DNA of 64,000 nucleotides from Chrysomallon squamiferum (lineage: Eukaryota; Animalia; Mollusca). Shown piece after piece: positions 1-36,976 of the stretch (position 1 is its first letter; the number at the start of each line of letters is the position of its first letter). The DNA lies in contig CM022668.1 of the NCBI GenBank assembly GCA_012295275.1, positions 11,594,001 to 11,658,000 of the forward strand, read 5' to 3'. The position numbers and the translations under genes are program-made. The notes below the pieces were generated by a model. That model worked only from the letters and a program-made list of their open reading frames with translations. It did not search any database and had not been told where the DNA came from.

Positions 1-576
1 TCTTTATTCTTATTTTCGATTTTGATTTTAAGATAATTCTTTTTCAATTATGTATGTTTTTTTTTAAATTCTAATTTTACCTTCATCTCTGCTTAATGTA
101 CTTTTTTTTTTACTTATATTTTACTTTCAGTGTCTTAATGATATTCTGTTTCTTGGTCCTGTTTGATTTGAACAACATATCAACCCAATGATAGGTTCAT
201 CACAGTGAATTTCCATTCTTAAATTTTTCATTCTTTAAAAATAAAAATTTTAAAAAATAAAAATAAAATAAATAAATAAAAAATATTCTTATTCTCATAA
301 TCATTTTTCTTCATCATTCTAAAAACATTTTGAAATAAAATAAAAAATCATCATTCTAAAATTTAAATTTAAAAAATAAAATAAAAAAATAAATAACATA
401 ATAATAATAATAATAACAATAACGACAATCATAATCATAAAAGAAAGTACACAATGAAAACCATTTCCTAGAATACTCTGAGATTGTAAAAACAAATATT
501 CAGGGCAACACATTCAAACCTCTGGGATCGCACGCACGCACTGCGTGCATGACGAAGTATCCAGTTAGAAATTTCA

Positions 577-16985
<16,409 letters not shown>

Positions 16986-17361
16986 ATTTTTTCCCCGGAG
17001 AACCGACTGGTTACTCTGTCGCTGGAGCTCTTCTACGTTTCGTTGAAAACTAACGAGGCGTAGCATGTAATATTAAGCTTAGTCTACTATTTAGCGAGCT
17101 CTAGAGCCAAGAGAGGCCATTTCGCTTAATTAAATGTTTCGCGTCTACCGGCTGCTTTTTAAAACACAGTAATTGGAGTTTGTGGCTGCTGTCATTTTTA
17201 TTTACAAAATAGCATTACTCTGGAACTGATGTAACGATATATAACTCCTAATTTAATGTTATTTGTCTGTCGCACGACTCACAGGTCTGATCACAATGAA
17301 ACACAACTATCAAATACCAGAAACAGTATAGTTTTTCTTTGTTTTTTATTATCGTGCCTTT

Positions 17362-17411
<50 letters not shown>

Positions 17412-17486
17412 TTTCCTGACTCAGTAAATTAATAATAAATATATACATGAATTTGTCTTTTTCAACCATTGTTAGATATATTGTAT

Positions 17487-17524
<38 letters not shown>

Positions 17525-17595
17525 ATATGGTAAAGCTTTATAATAATAAATTTAATTTAATTTTTTAAACTGTGTTCTACGTGTTTGTGTGCATG

Positions 17596-17646
<51 letters not shown>

Positions 17647-18556
17647 GTTGTTGTTGTTGTTATTGGTGGTGGTGGTGGTGTTATTTATAAATTTAAATTA
17701 AAATGAAAGCAAAACCCCCAAAACCCCCATAAATATAAAAAAAAAAAAAAAAAACAAAAAACAATAACAAATAAACATAACAGCCAACAAATTATCTCTT
17801 CTTTTCTAAATGCTTTTTAAACTACTTCAAACATCAGTCACCCTTGAGTTTTTAATCATTCATCAGCAGCAAAATTTCCTTCTGTTGTTGATAATGTTCG
17901 TCTTGTTCTTCCTCTGGTTTCGTTCACCCCAGAATAATTTAATTCACCCGTAGGTGAACCATACAGCAGTTTATAAAGACCGCTTTATTATACGTTGATC
18001 AGAAGCAGTCTTTGAGACGTCTGCAAAGCTAACCCAGACAAATGGTGTTTGCTCATACGTTACAGAATACTGAGATGAAAAACTAAGCACACAGCTAACT
18101 GAAAGAGTAAGGGGGGTTCGCCTAATGGCGTCCGGTTTTCAGAGCCTCCCTCAAGGTATGGGGGGGATAAATGTAAAGATAAATAAATATATTTGAAATT
18201 AGTTATTTAATTAATTTATTAATTAACAACAACAACAATAAAAAAATAATAATAATAATAATTATAATATAATAATAGTAATAATAATAATAATAATAAT
18301 CAACAATAAATAATAATAATAATAATAGTAATAATAAATATAATAATAATAAATAATAATAATAATAATAATAAATAATAATAAATAATTAATAAATAAA
18401 TAAACTATCAATAATGAAAAAAAGACATTAAAACAATCACAACATATAAGAAACGTTAGAAAACAAATACTGCCTGGAAAGTAACCGATACATTGCTTCA
18501 TTGCTAGCAAAAAATAAAACAAAAATAAAAATAAATTAATAATAACAATAATAATA

Positions 18557-18637
<81 letters not shown>

Positions 18638-19047
18638 TCCTACTTTCTGCAACCTTAATCTGACTCTAGAAAGTGACACTACATCCAATATGCATTTGAA
18701 ACTGGGAGTAACCGTTTTAATTTAATTCTTTTCTTTTTATCCTTTTTTTTCCCCCTGAAATCTATCTCTGCTATTGGTGTCCCTCTTTTCCGAATCACGA
18801 GACCGCCACTGAAATGAAATATCGTTGGCTTTCTTACATTACGAAGCCCTGTTCGAGTGGATAATCCCTTTAGCTACAATCACGATAATAAACAAAGCGT
18901 AATTCCATTGAATATGTTACACACGTAATTGCATTGTTGAGTAACGTGTGTTAATAACTTAGACTTGTGATTTTACGTTACGCTGTCATTGTGTCATTGT
19001 TGTGACGTAATTTAACTGTTGTTTGTATAACGTCATAAATCAGCGAT

Positions 19048-19121
<74 letters not shown>

Positions 19122-20064
19122 CTCTGAACGTTGTGAATATATAGATATGTATAAAGAATACATACATACACCCACACACACACACACATATATTTATCCT
19201 ACATACTTACGCATAAATATGACACGCGATATACAAACACAAACAACAATAGCAGCAGCAACAACAACAACAATAATAATAACAAAATAACAATAGCAGT
19301 AGCAACAACAACAATAACAATAACAGCAAGTACATGATTAGATAATGAAAATGATGAAGAATAACGACAGCAACAGCTGTAGTAATAAACAATAAATAAC
19401 AACAAAAACAAAAACAACAACAGCAGCACCTTCAATATAGGGAATGTTCTGGGAGTTGAAAATATATATTATTATTCTAAAAGCTAACATATATCAGAAC
19501 ACATTTGTATTTACCTATTTTCAGCTAACAAAATTTATGTAGACTATGTCTTTGGCGACATCGTTAGAACAGTAGAGCGTGACAAACACAATAGTTGTAT
19601 GCATTCCTCTCTTTCTTTATTAACATCACTAACATAGTTTCGTGTTTACTTTCTTAATGATTTAATTGTTTAAGTAAGTAAAATTAACACTTATCTCTAT
19701 ACTTGTACAGAACCGTGTGTTTATGTATGTATAGATGTGTGTATTTGTATATTTGTATCTATGCGTGTGTACGTGGGGGTGTGTATGTATGTTTGTATAT
19801 ATATATATGTGGTTTCGTTGCTTGTGTGTGTGTGTATATATATGTATGTATATGTATGTACGTATGTATGTATTTAGGAATTACTCTCTGAGTGCAAGTG
19901 CTTGTATGTGTGAATATATATACGTATGTATATGTACGTACGTATGTATGTATATAGGAATGACTTTCTGTGTGTGTGCATGTGCTTGTATGTGTGAATA
20001 TATTATGTTGTAATTATGTGAGTGAAGAAGAAAGAAGATAGAGGCAGAGAAAGACAAAACAAAT

Positions 20065-20390
<326 letters not shown>

Positions 20391-21236
20391 AAGAAAATAA
20401 GAGTATAAAATGTAGTTAGGTCTGACAGTATCTAAATGTGGACGCCACAAAGCAAACATCATCAGTTCAGATCAGGTTAATTGTCTCCTACAGGCGTGGT
20501 ATGGAGAACGTGGTGCAGAAAAACTCGAAATAACGAACTACCCTCGGGGATATTTTACTTTACACACACAAAAAAAAAATTATAATAATAATAGTAAATA
20601 AAAAAAGAAAAAGATGTAGGACTATAATTGATTATAAAAAAATATATTCTCAGCTAATGCTGTTTTTACTGGCCGTAGGGTAAGGTTGTTTGTTTGTTTA
20701 TTTATGAATATAATGATGTTATGTTTGTGGGCGTGTGTGAATGCGTTTATACATTGTTGGGTTTTTTTTTGTTTTTTTTGTTGTTGTTTCTTTTGTTTTG
20801 TTGTTATTTTGTTTGTTTTTTTTGTAATTTTTTGTTTGTTTAATATGTGTGTGTGTGTATTTATTGAGTGTGAGTGTGTGTGTCTGTCTCGGTGTGTGAG
20901 TGTGTGCGTGTGTGTGTCAGTGAGTGTGTGTGCATATTGCTGTTACAAATAATCATAAATACGACATTTTATTATTTTATTAATGTCACTACTACTGTTC
21001 CAACTACTACAGAGGCAGAAGTAGTAGTAGTAGCAATAGTAGTAGCACTAGTAGCAATAGTAGTAGTACTAGCAGAGATTTTTTAAATTAGTTTATTATT
21101 TAATATTGTTATCACTTCCACTATTCTACTACTAATACTAATACTACTAATATTACAATATTTTTGTTATTATTATTATTATTAATATTAATTAATTAAG
21201 TTACAAAACTGAAATAACAAATAAATAAACAATTTC

Positions 21237-21282
<46 letters not shown>

Positions 21283-21508
21283 TATATATATATATATTTT
21301 TTAACTACTTAACGTTCTGACAAAGCGAAACTACGGCTTTAAAAGCATCGACGACTTTACAAAGGTAAATACGGTATCGCCAAAGCATATCAGAAGAGCG
21401 ACTCGCGCGAAAACAGGTAAATAAAAAAAAAAAAAAAAATTAACTAGCGCAGACGACAAGTTAAAAGCCGCTGTTTAAAGGACGTGATCGTCTCAGTCAA
21501 GGAATGAA

Positions 21509-21580
21509 ATGTACTGGCTTTCAGGACCACGGACCTTGCGGTCGAAGGCTCCAAAACAACAAGGACCTACATCCAAAAAG
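21509..21580 (+). CDS. probable first coding exon of the tamalin-like gene (MYWLSGPRTLRSKAPKQQGPTSKK)
   Basis: GAAATGT start, 72 nt open, strong donor AAG|GTAAAC in phase 0 matching the 30625 exon; GC-richer island. No homology support. Confidence 0.5.
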
Positions 21581-22528
21581 GTAAACTATATCAACAGATA
21601 ACTTTTACGGGATAATAATAATAATAACTTCAACGACTTAAGACGGAAAGGTCCGAAGATTTTTTTTTTTTTTTTTTTTTTTCGCTGTGACAGACGTTAA
21701 AACCGTGCACTATTTATTTTTTTTTATTTTTTTTTTAAAAGTTGTTTTGTCGGTTGTTACGAAACCAACACAGACCTCTTCACTAATTATTCTAAATTGA
21801 GTAAGTATTTGGGTAATGGAAATGACTTAAATCTGACACCGCGTGGAAATGTAACGGAATACTTTCGAGTGGTCACTTGCCCTATCTGCTGTATGTATGT
21901 TTCCTTACAGAAGGGGGCGTTTCTTCGGTCATGGTGTAAGGCCACTTAAACTTAATTCATGCGCACGACACACTTTTTTAAAAGAAAAAAAAGAAGAAGA
22001 TATATTTATTTTTCTCTCTTGCTATATACAACGTTCTTACATTATTTCTTAATTCCGTGGTACCGATATTGTTGCATTTTTTATTTATGAGAGTTTTTAA
22101 TCGGTAATAATTAATATAATTTAAATGAGGAAGAAAATGGTTTATCTTTATATATTAATCGTTTAATAAGTGCGATAGAGATAGGGCACTGTATGAATAT
22201 ATTTAACTAAGCATACACTGCAAAGGGTTCGTAACAAAGTAAGGAGAAGGATTATATTCATAACGGGAACAAAAGCCATAAGATGTCAGTATGAAACATA
22301 AAGTGAAAAAATGACAACTATACAAATTTTAACGAAATAGCGAAATGAAAATTTCTGAATCGCCTATGGATATGGAGGTAAGATTATATATCTATATAAA
22401 TATTTGTGTGTGTGTGTGTATGGTTGTATGTGTGTGCATATGAATATATATTATATGTTTTATAATAACTATATATATACATAATTATATCTACACACAA
22501 ACATAAGTGTATATATACAAATATATAC

Positions 22529-22571
<43 letters not shown>

Positions 22572-22630
22572 CATACATACATACTGTATACATATATATA
22601 CAAATATATACTTTCATATATATATATATA

Positions 22631-22666
<36 letters not shown>

Positions 22667-23145
22667 TATATACATACATACATATATATATATATATACA
22701 CACACACATAGACACATACAAGTGTATATATATATATATATATATATACGTACACATGTCCTTTAAACATGTTTATCGGTTATATATTGATTTATAATGA
22801 ACGAAGCAATATCTTGTTTGTTGTGCCTATGAGACGGGTAGATTAGATGGTGTATTTATCAAACTCAAGTTGACGGTTTCTTCTGAAGTGAACACGTATT
22901 TATATGGGTATACAGGGTGGGTTTGTGTTCTCAGTTCATAAGGTTTCAGAAGTATTATGAATAAATCTCGTTTTTTTTTTTTTTTTTAATGGTACCCAAC
23001 GTTTTGTATGTTTAACTTTTATATAGGTTTGTAGGTACTTACTTGACAAGTATGTCAATAAGTATGTATGTATGCATGTATGTTGTGTTTATGTATGTAT
23101 GTATGTATGTATGTATGTATATGAGTGTGTATATGTGTGTGTGTG

Positions 23146-23320
23146 TACGTCTGAATAGACTCTGCACATAGACATTATTCGGGAACGCACTGGCGCAGGA
23201 GGACAAAGTCCAATCACGACCTCACAAACCTGTCAGATGCCGCTGACGAGACTCGAACGTATGACACCCATTCACCCGCACCCCGAAGGCGGACGACGTT
23301 ACCGTTCGGTCATCAGGACT
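23146..23320 (-). mobile_element. tRNA-derived SINE, near full length
   Basis: On the - strand: A-box-like TGACCGAACGG (23302-23312), B-box GTTCGAGTC (23250-23258), body, then a (CA)/(CATA)n tail; homologous second copy at 45766-45895. Confidence 0.72.
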
Positions 23321-23998
23321 ACGTTATGGATGGATGGATGTATCTATGTTTGTATGTGTATATATAAGTGTGTGTAAGAATGTACATATCTACGTATGTA
23401 TGTTTGTATGTGTATGTATATATGTATGTATGTATGTATGTATGCATGCATGTATATATGTGTGTATGTATGTATGCATGCATGTATGTATATATGCATA
23501 TATGTATATATGTATCTAAATATGCATATATGCGTATCGATTTAAGTTTTTTAACGACGTATAAACATATATAATCACATATACAAGCTCACGTACATTC
23601 ATAGCCCACTCTGATGCACACATATGTACATTATTATTACTACTACTGCTACTACTACTACTACTACTACTACTACTATCCTAGAATTAAATAAACCCAT
23701 TAGCAGAAATGATTAAATGAACGAAAGTGTGTGTTTAAGGACGTCACAGTCTTAGTTTTAGTAGTTACTTGATCACTAGTACAGACGTTTTTAGAAGCTG
23801 CAGTCTCGCTAGACTCATTACATTCCTTCTCATATCTGTTAGCAACAAGCAATATTTTATAAAGACCCACTTACTGACAGCAGAGTAAACACAGATATAT
23901 ACACTTACACACACATACATAATATATATTTTTTTCTTTCACAACCTTCTCAAAGGTTCGAACAGGTTGTGCATGCATGTATAGATAGATAGATAGAC

Positions 23999-24057
<59 letters not shown>

Positions 24058-24172
24058 TAGATAGATAGATAGATAGATAGATATATTTGGTTTGGATTTA
24101 TGCATTTTATTTTTTCATTTATATATACATACACATATACATATACGTATCTGCATATTTAGTACATGTGTA

Positions 24173-24240
<68 letters not shown>

Positions 24241-25142
24241 AACATGTGAATAAGGTTCTGTAATGCTAAGTAGAAGTAGTTGTTTAAATCATGTTTTTGT
24301 AACGGAATACAGAAGTATACACATAAATCAGATATTTGTAACGTTACATACTGTAAACACGTCTCTTTAAATCAAAGGTTTGTAACACTACACAGAGCTG
24401 TATATATAAATACACACAAATAAATCACATATACTCTGTAACTGCACCTGTTCATTTAAGGGAACTATTTATAAACTAAAAGAGCGATAGATGTACATAA
24501 AATTAAAGTGAATATCTCTGCATAAATATGTAAAATTTGGTGCTGACGCTAAATGAATACATCTGAACTATTTATAACGATTAAAAAGAGGTACAAATAA
24601 AATGAATACCTGTATGTTACCTGTACGTCGAAATATCTAAAAATAGGTATTAACTGTAACTGAACATAACTGCACATATTATGAACAAAACAAACAAAAA
24701 ATGAATAAAAAAAAAATTTAAAATAAAAAATAAATACAATTTTTTTTAAAAATTAACAAAAAATAGGAAAAAAATGAATCTATATATAAATTAAAACAGT
24801 ATCTCAAAACAAACATATAAAACTCAGGTGTTAATTGGATGTCGACTATAACGGGACTTTCTTTAACGGTTAGATATATGCCTGCGTAGAAGCAAATTAA
24901 ATATCTGTAGGTTACAGGTGTGTATAAGTAATTAAAAATTAGGTGTTAATGGTAAGTGGAAATCTAAAACGGTAAAACGTAGAGTACCTATAATGTACTG
25001 ACATGTACATTCAGCTGCCTGGGTTAATCTGAGATATATAGATTGTTTACAATTTACGTACGTTTTATAAGGTGTGTTAATTTAAAGTTTTAAAGATTAC
25101 AGGAGTACATTACATGCTGGATTGTATAGTTTTTATATGAGA

Positions 25143-25190
<48 letters not shown>

Positions 25191-25201
25191 GTATTCATGG
25201 A

Positions 25202-25316
25202 TGCGAGGACTGATCTTACAACCTGTCGTTTTCCTAATACCTGCTTAATCGTGTTCTTCATCTGTCTCTTGATGAAATAGTTTTAATAATTATGACCGCC
25301 ATTTTGAATTTCAGAC
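25202..25316 (+). repeat. ~115-bp dispersed direct repeat, copy 1
   Basis: closely similar to 32314-32429. Confidence 0.9.
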
Positions 25317-25358
25317 TTAAAATAAACATACATACTTACATACATACGTATATATACA

Positions 25359-25392
<34 letters not shown>

Positions 25393-25610
25393 TCATTTTG
25401 TCAAGCACATATACACAAATGCACATGCGCACACACGCATACACACGCACACACAAACGAATTGTGTGTAACATTTCTCAGCAGAACAAACCGTTTACTT
25501 ATTCATAGATTTTAATTACTGAGGGCAGTTTTGTAATTAAAGCCAAGTGATTTGTAATTGAATTTACGTCGTGTACGTCATTATGCTATTTATAAAAATG
25601 ATATCCTTGA

Positions 25611-25689
<79 letters not shown>

Positions 25690-25796
25690 ATGTGATTAAT
25701 ATTTGTTTCTTGCCTAAAGTCATTCTAAACATAATAAAATAATAGTCAATGGGCAATATTAATGTTGATTAGCTGTTATATTATTATTATTATTAT

Positions 25797-25829
<33 letters not shown>

Positions 25830-26304
25830 AGTAGTAGTAGTAGTAGTAGTAGTAGTCTTGTTGTTGTTGTTGTTGTTATTTATTTATGTAAAAATTATTA
25901 AAATTTCAATTAGCAGCAAAGTATTTGCTTTCATCAGCCTTCTCATAAACAGCAAAAAAAAAAAACCGTAACATCAATTTCTTTTAAAAATCTTATCTCG
26001 AGAACTGGTCGGAACGTGAAAAGCTTAACGAGCTCTACCCTTGAGATTTGATCCTTCATCCCGTCACGCACGAGCAGGTAACTGCACTAACCAGTGAGGT
26101 TAAAACAGCCTTCGCCGAGATGGGGCTTGTGTCATAATACGACACGCATTGGTGCGTTCACGGACGACACTGAAAGAATTTGAAAACTGCCTCGTCATAG
26201 GTATACAGAAACCTTGATTATACTCCAGGTGTCAAGTAACGTGTGCACACAGTGTTGTAGTTGCCGTAATATTCCAGTTATAAACGATTAGCTGAAAATA
26301 TAGC

Positions 26305-26352
<48 letters not shown>

Positions 26353-26353
26353 T

Positions 26354-26384
<31 letters not shown>

Positions 26385-26662
26385 CAATCGCAATAAAACA
26401 ACAATAATAATGCAATGATGATAATAATTATAATAAAAATGATGATGATAATTATGAAGATTATAATAATGTAATGATAATAATAGTATTTGTAGTAGTA
26501 GTAATAGTAATACTAATAATAATGTAATGATAATAAAGATGATGATGATAATAAATTAATAAATAAATAAAAAATAAATAAGTTTAAGATTTTCCTCTTT
26601 ATCATAAATATTTAAATATAATGTCCAGCATGTATATAGTGTTGTTATATCGATCTGCTACC

Positions 26663-26783
<121 letters not shown>

Positions 26784-27198
26784 CCTCTAGACTATCTGTT
26801 TACATATATTTATATCTATTTATGTATATTTCCTTGACACGGTCAAAGATAAATATATGTTAGGTAAATCATCAGAACCATTTCGAAAAAAAAAAAAAAA
26901 AAAAACAAGAAAAAAAACAAACAAGAAAGAAGAAAAGAAAAGAAAATCAAAGTCAGTGCTGGTGTTAATTATAGCCAAACTGACACATTGCTCTTACAGC
27001 ACGAAGCTCAGTGTGCTGTGTCACCGCGAGATTAGACGTCACGTGATTTACAGAGAGATACGATATTGCAGGAGACAGCGTGACGTAATTTTAATGAAAT
27101 GATAATAATGGAAGACCTCTTTGGCGTTACGTAAACAAAGCCGCATGAGGTAATTCTTGGTCTATTAACATTGTTTTATTTTAATTTTTAATTAATTA

Positions 27199-27229
<31 letters not shown>

Positions 27230-27526
27230 TTTTAGTTTATTCCGCCCCCCCATCACCCCGACTGTTATTCTTTTAATTAGGAAATTGTTTAATAATAATA
27301 ATAATAATAATAATCATTAAGCTAATATTAGATAACTGATTACAGAAAAAAAAAAAAAAACGAAGAAAAACATAATCATACAAAGTTACAAAGTAAAAAA
27401 AAATAATCAGAGACAGACAAAGAGATAGATAGACAGACCCCCAGACAGACAGACAGATATACTGATAGATAGTGAGAGAAAGACTAAGACACAGAGAGCG
27501 AGCTCAGACAATTTATATGTACAAAG

Positions 27527-27608
<82 letters not shown>

Positions 27609-27996
27609 CACTGTTATTCCCTATTTTTGAACCAAACGATGATTTAATTAACTTATATAATCAACAAAGTTACAAATTTTCTTTTATTTGTTAATATTAG
27701 TTGTTTATCATCTAATATTCTTCATCATCGATTCTGTTATAGTAATATATGATAACAACAATAACATTGCTATCATCAACACCAACAATAACAGCATTAA
27801 CAAAAACAACAATAATTAGTAGTAGTAGGAGCAGTAACAGTAGTAGTAGTAGGTAAAGTAGATTATTATTATTAGTAGTAGTAGTAGTAGCAGTAATAGT
27901 AGTAGTAGTAATAGTGGTAGTAATAGTTGTAGAAGTAGTAATAGTAGTAGCAGCAGTAGTAGTAACAGAGAAAAAGAAAAGAACAACATTCTGAAA

Positions 27997-28045
<49 letters not shown>

Positions 28046-28336
28046 AATACTACTAATAATAATAATAATAAAACCAAGAAATTTTATTTAACCTATTGAT
28101 ACAAACCTGAGGATTTAGTATAAATGTGTTCTAGTTAGTCTGTTTACACAATTTTTCTAGACGTTTATAACTACAAAGTGGAAATAATTAGAACGAAGGT
28201 AACATCTTGCTTTCCTCTTAATAGCATTGTATGACATCAGATCATTGTTGACGTCATGTTAATTTTTGACGCTTTCATGCTGTTTCGTTAGTTACGAATA
28301 GTCACGAAATTAAGACAGTGGACAATAGGTTGAATG

Positions 28337-28372
<36 letters not shown>

Positions 28373-29608
28373 TCTCTGTGTGTGTGTGTGTATAAATACT
28401 TATGTATGTGTCTGTCTGTTTGTCTATCTGTCTATAAGATTATAAATACACGTATGTATTGCTGTGTGCGCGCATATATCTGTTTATACAATTCATCTAC
28501 GTGCATATTTGTGTGTGTATGTCCCGCTGGCTTGTTTGTTTATTGTTTGAGTGTCCTTGCCTTTGCAAGTCAAATCCTTTGTTACCGAAATAGAAAAATA
28601 CTACAGCGTTTCAAAAATATACCACAGTACGTCCAGCGTGCGTTAACCCAACAACGTCAATGCAATTTCAGACGTCACTTTTTCTAGCTAACAAGTAGAC
28701 GCTTTCCCTTTCTCGGTGATTATTCAGCGTATAATCAGTCTGTCGTTGAGCACCTTTTGCATCTCGCAGTTCAAGGAGTATTTTGTTGCTAATGAATCGG
28801 ACCCCCTGTAGAGAAAAACCAGTTAGGATGCTGTTCGTAAATAGGTTTCTTGTTCTTCTTCATTCTTGTGTACTGCCAGTGTGTACGGTCGGTGTTGTTT
28901 TTTGGTTTGTCTGGGTTTGTGTTTGTGTGAGTTTTGTGTGTGTGTGTTGTGTCTGTGTGTTTTTTGTTTATGTGTGTATGTAAGCAAGCACGTGTATGAG
29001 TGTATAGATAGACAGATAGATGGATGGATGGATGGATGGATGGATGGATGGATAGATAGATAAATAAATATGTACAAGCTTTGATTTGGATTTATGTATT
29101 TTATTCGATTCACATATAAATTTAATACATGTATATGTTTGTGTGTAAAGGTGTATCTTTCTATGTATATGCGTGTATGTGTCTACGTGTGTGCTTATGT
29201 GTTTGTGTGTGTATATATATATCTGCGTATGTGTGTGTATATATATATATATCTGTGTATGTGTGTGTGTGTGTGTCTTATTTATTTTTCTTATCTACGA
29301 ATAAATCGCGCGAACATACATAAATGGTAAATGTCTGCAGTTTAGATTAAAACACGTCACCTACAGAGGGCCTCTTTTTCTTTTACAGTATCTCTTAATA
29401 ACGTGTTAACTGCGATAATATTAAACAAAGTCATATACACTGTTGACAGTGTCCTCACCTTAGTAAACTGATACACGGCAAACATGTTTTGTATACTGTG
29501 ATAAGTAACTGCTTTTATTTTGTGTGGTTTATATTTTTCATATGTAATATTTATCATTAATACGTAGCCTACAGACTTAAATGCGTTTACGTATGTTGAT
29601 ACATATGT

Positions 29609-29648
<40 letters not shown>

Positions 29649-29804
29649 AAGGGAAGACAGAAACATAACGATATAAATATATAGATTCATACCGATTCAT
29701 AGACAGAAATACATATAAACAGACAGACAGACAGACAGAAACACGTATAAAACGAATAAATAATATACACACACATATACATATATCTAAATATATATAT
29801 ATAT

Positions 29805-29850
<46 letters not shown>

Positions 29851-30099
29851 AAACGCACACACACACACACACACATATAAACACATACACACAATACTGT
29901 TAAGGCACGATATGAACTATGAACTGTATACTGATACTGTCGTTCAGTTGGCAGAATTCCAAAGTAACTGTTCTTTTATATTTTAGTCTAACACGACTGT
30001 TACAAGCCGTTTTGAACTCGTAATGTAATTATTTTATTATTTCCTCTGTCTCTTCTTATATATATATATATAAGTGTGTGTCTCTCTTTCTTTCTGTCA

Positions 30100-30130
<31 letters not shown>

Positions 30131-30624
30131 TCTACATAGACAAAAAGAAAGACGTGTGTGTGTGTTTGTGTGTATATATATATATATATAAGTGTGTCTT
30201 TTTTTCTGTCAATATATATATATATATATATATATAGTGTGTGTCTCTCTATCTTTCTGTCAATATATATGTATATATATATTTCTCCTTCTCTCTCTTT
30301 CGTTCTGTCAGTATATTATTATTGTTGTTGTTGGTGGTGGTGGTATTTGTATCTCCCCGCCTGTCGATTGATCTTTCTTCTCTTTCTGCATACCTGTCTA
30401 TCACACACACACACACATACACACACACACACAGAGAGAGACATTCCTATCTCGTACCTTTCCCTTTAAACCTCACCTTTATTTTTATTATTTTTAATTT
30501 TTTTTTTTTTTCTTTCCCTTTTTCCCCAGAGCCATATAGTCGGCTTCCTCTTTCGTCATTCTGTCTTCGTCTCTCATTCATCACACGCTCTCTCCATCCA
30601 TCTCTCGCTTTTTCTCTCTTTCAG

Positions 30625-34655
<4,031 letters not shown>

Positions 34656-35618
34656 TGACGTTTTTTTATTTTTTTTTTTTTTTTTTTTTTTATTTTATGA
34701 TTCTTTTTTAATATTTTATTTCACTATTTTTGTTCATTATTTATTTATTTTTTTATTTTTTATTTTTTATTTTTTATTATTATTATAATTTTTTTTTTTT
34801 TTTTTGTTTGTTTGTTTGTTTGTTTCTGTTAAAAAGTGGTTATGAACTTTATAATAATATAAAACATTTTCCCCAATAACATTGCGCTGGTTTCGCAAAA
34901 TGTGGGCGATAATCTTATTTTTTTCTTTTGTTCTCCTTCTGTCTTTTTCCGTTGTTTTTTCTTTCTTTCTTTCCTTTTTTTTAAAAATATATTTTATTAA
35001 ATTTCTGTTCACTTTTTTTCTGTTTCCTTTTTCTTCTATTTCTTTCTTTCGTCTCTCATGTATCCCCTATTTCTTCTTCTTCTTCTTCTTCTTCTTCTTC
35101 TTCTTCTTCTTCTTCTACTTCTACTACTACTAGTACTACTACATCTGCTACTACTTATACTACTACCACTACCACTATTATTACTATTATTATTGTTACA
35201 ATCTAAAACTATTACTATTTATAAAAATGTAAAACATTTTAACCAAAAATTGTTATTTACTAATCAGTTATGATTTCTTTACTTCGTGATTTAATTAATG
35301 ACGTCAGCAGTGACTAAAATAGTTACGCTGACACGTTCTAATTGTGTCTCGTTGTGATAACCTTGACAACTAGGCAGAATATTCGAGCACGTTGATAAAG
35401 TTTATTTTCCATATACTGTCGTTACTGATATTATTCTATTACATTCTTCATAATATGTCAGTATGTACGGATGTGTCTGTGTGTCTATGTTTGTGTATGG
35501 ACATATGTATATCTGTGTTTGTTTATCTGTTTATACGAACGTATTTATATTTGTGTTTTTATAGACATATAGACAGACAGATAGATACATACATGCATAC
35601 ATGCATACACATACACAT

Positions 35619-35650
<32 letters not shown>

Positions 35651-35988
35651 TAGTTATAGTTATAGTTATAGTTATAGTTATAGTTATAGTTGTAGTTATA
35701 GTTATATAGTTATTGCGTTATATAGTTATAAATATATATTTTTAAATGTGTGCGTTTATGAAATCCTGTTTACAGCAGAAAATGAAACCAAGATTTAAAT
35801 GAATGCAGTGTTTTCTAGCGCTGGTGAACAGCAAGAAAATAATTTAACAAGGTAGATAACTCTGTTGAACCTAGATACCTCAGAAGCAGATAACTCTGGC
35901 ATTTGTTGTGTCAATCGACATTCATGTAATTATTTATAAGATGTGTATGTTTATGTGTCAAGTGATTTTCTACATTACGTTGAACTAT

Positions 35989-36560
<572 letters not shown>

Positions 36561-36942
36561 AGAAAGAAGACAAGAAAGCCACACTTAAATAACACTGCAC
36601 AAACACGTTCTGTGTTCTCGGTGTTAGTGATACGACCTGCCGAGTGTTTCCGATCAGGCATGTGTCACACAGGTATGAGTGTACTGTTTACTGGCAAAAC
36701 AAGTCAAGTGTCTGCTTAGAAATTCCACCACTCTGATAAGAATCTTCGACCTACCCAAACCGGTTCTGTACGCCATCTGGTGCATTTTTTTATTATTATT
36801 TTCTTTTCTTTCACCTACTTTTATAAAAGCATTATTATTTAGTGACGTTGTTTATCATGCGTGAAAAGTTTTTGTTGAAATGTTTGTACTGAAATTGTTA
36901 TAAACTGTTAAAATGGGTATATGTGTATTTACATGTGTGCGC

Positions 36943-36976
<34 letters not shown>

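Noticed and set aside
20494-20570. Possible + strand exon after CTCCTACAG (AWYGERGAEKLEITNYPRG)
   Set aside because: No convincing downstream donor and no homology.
23240-23320. tRNA gene
   Set aside because: Has A/B-box-like motifs but I could not fold a cloverleaf, and it continues into a body shared with a second copy; better explained as a SINE.
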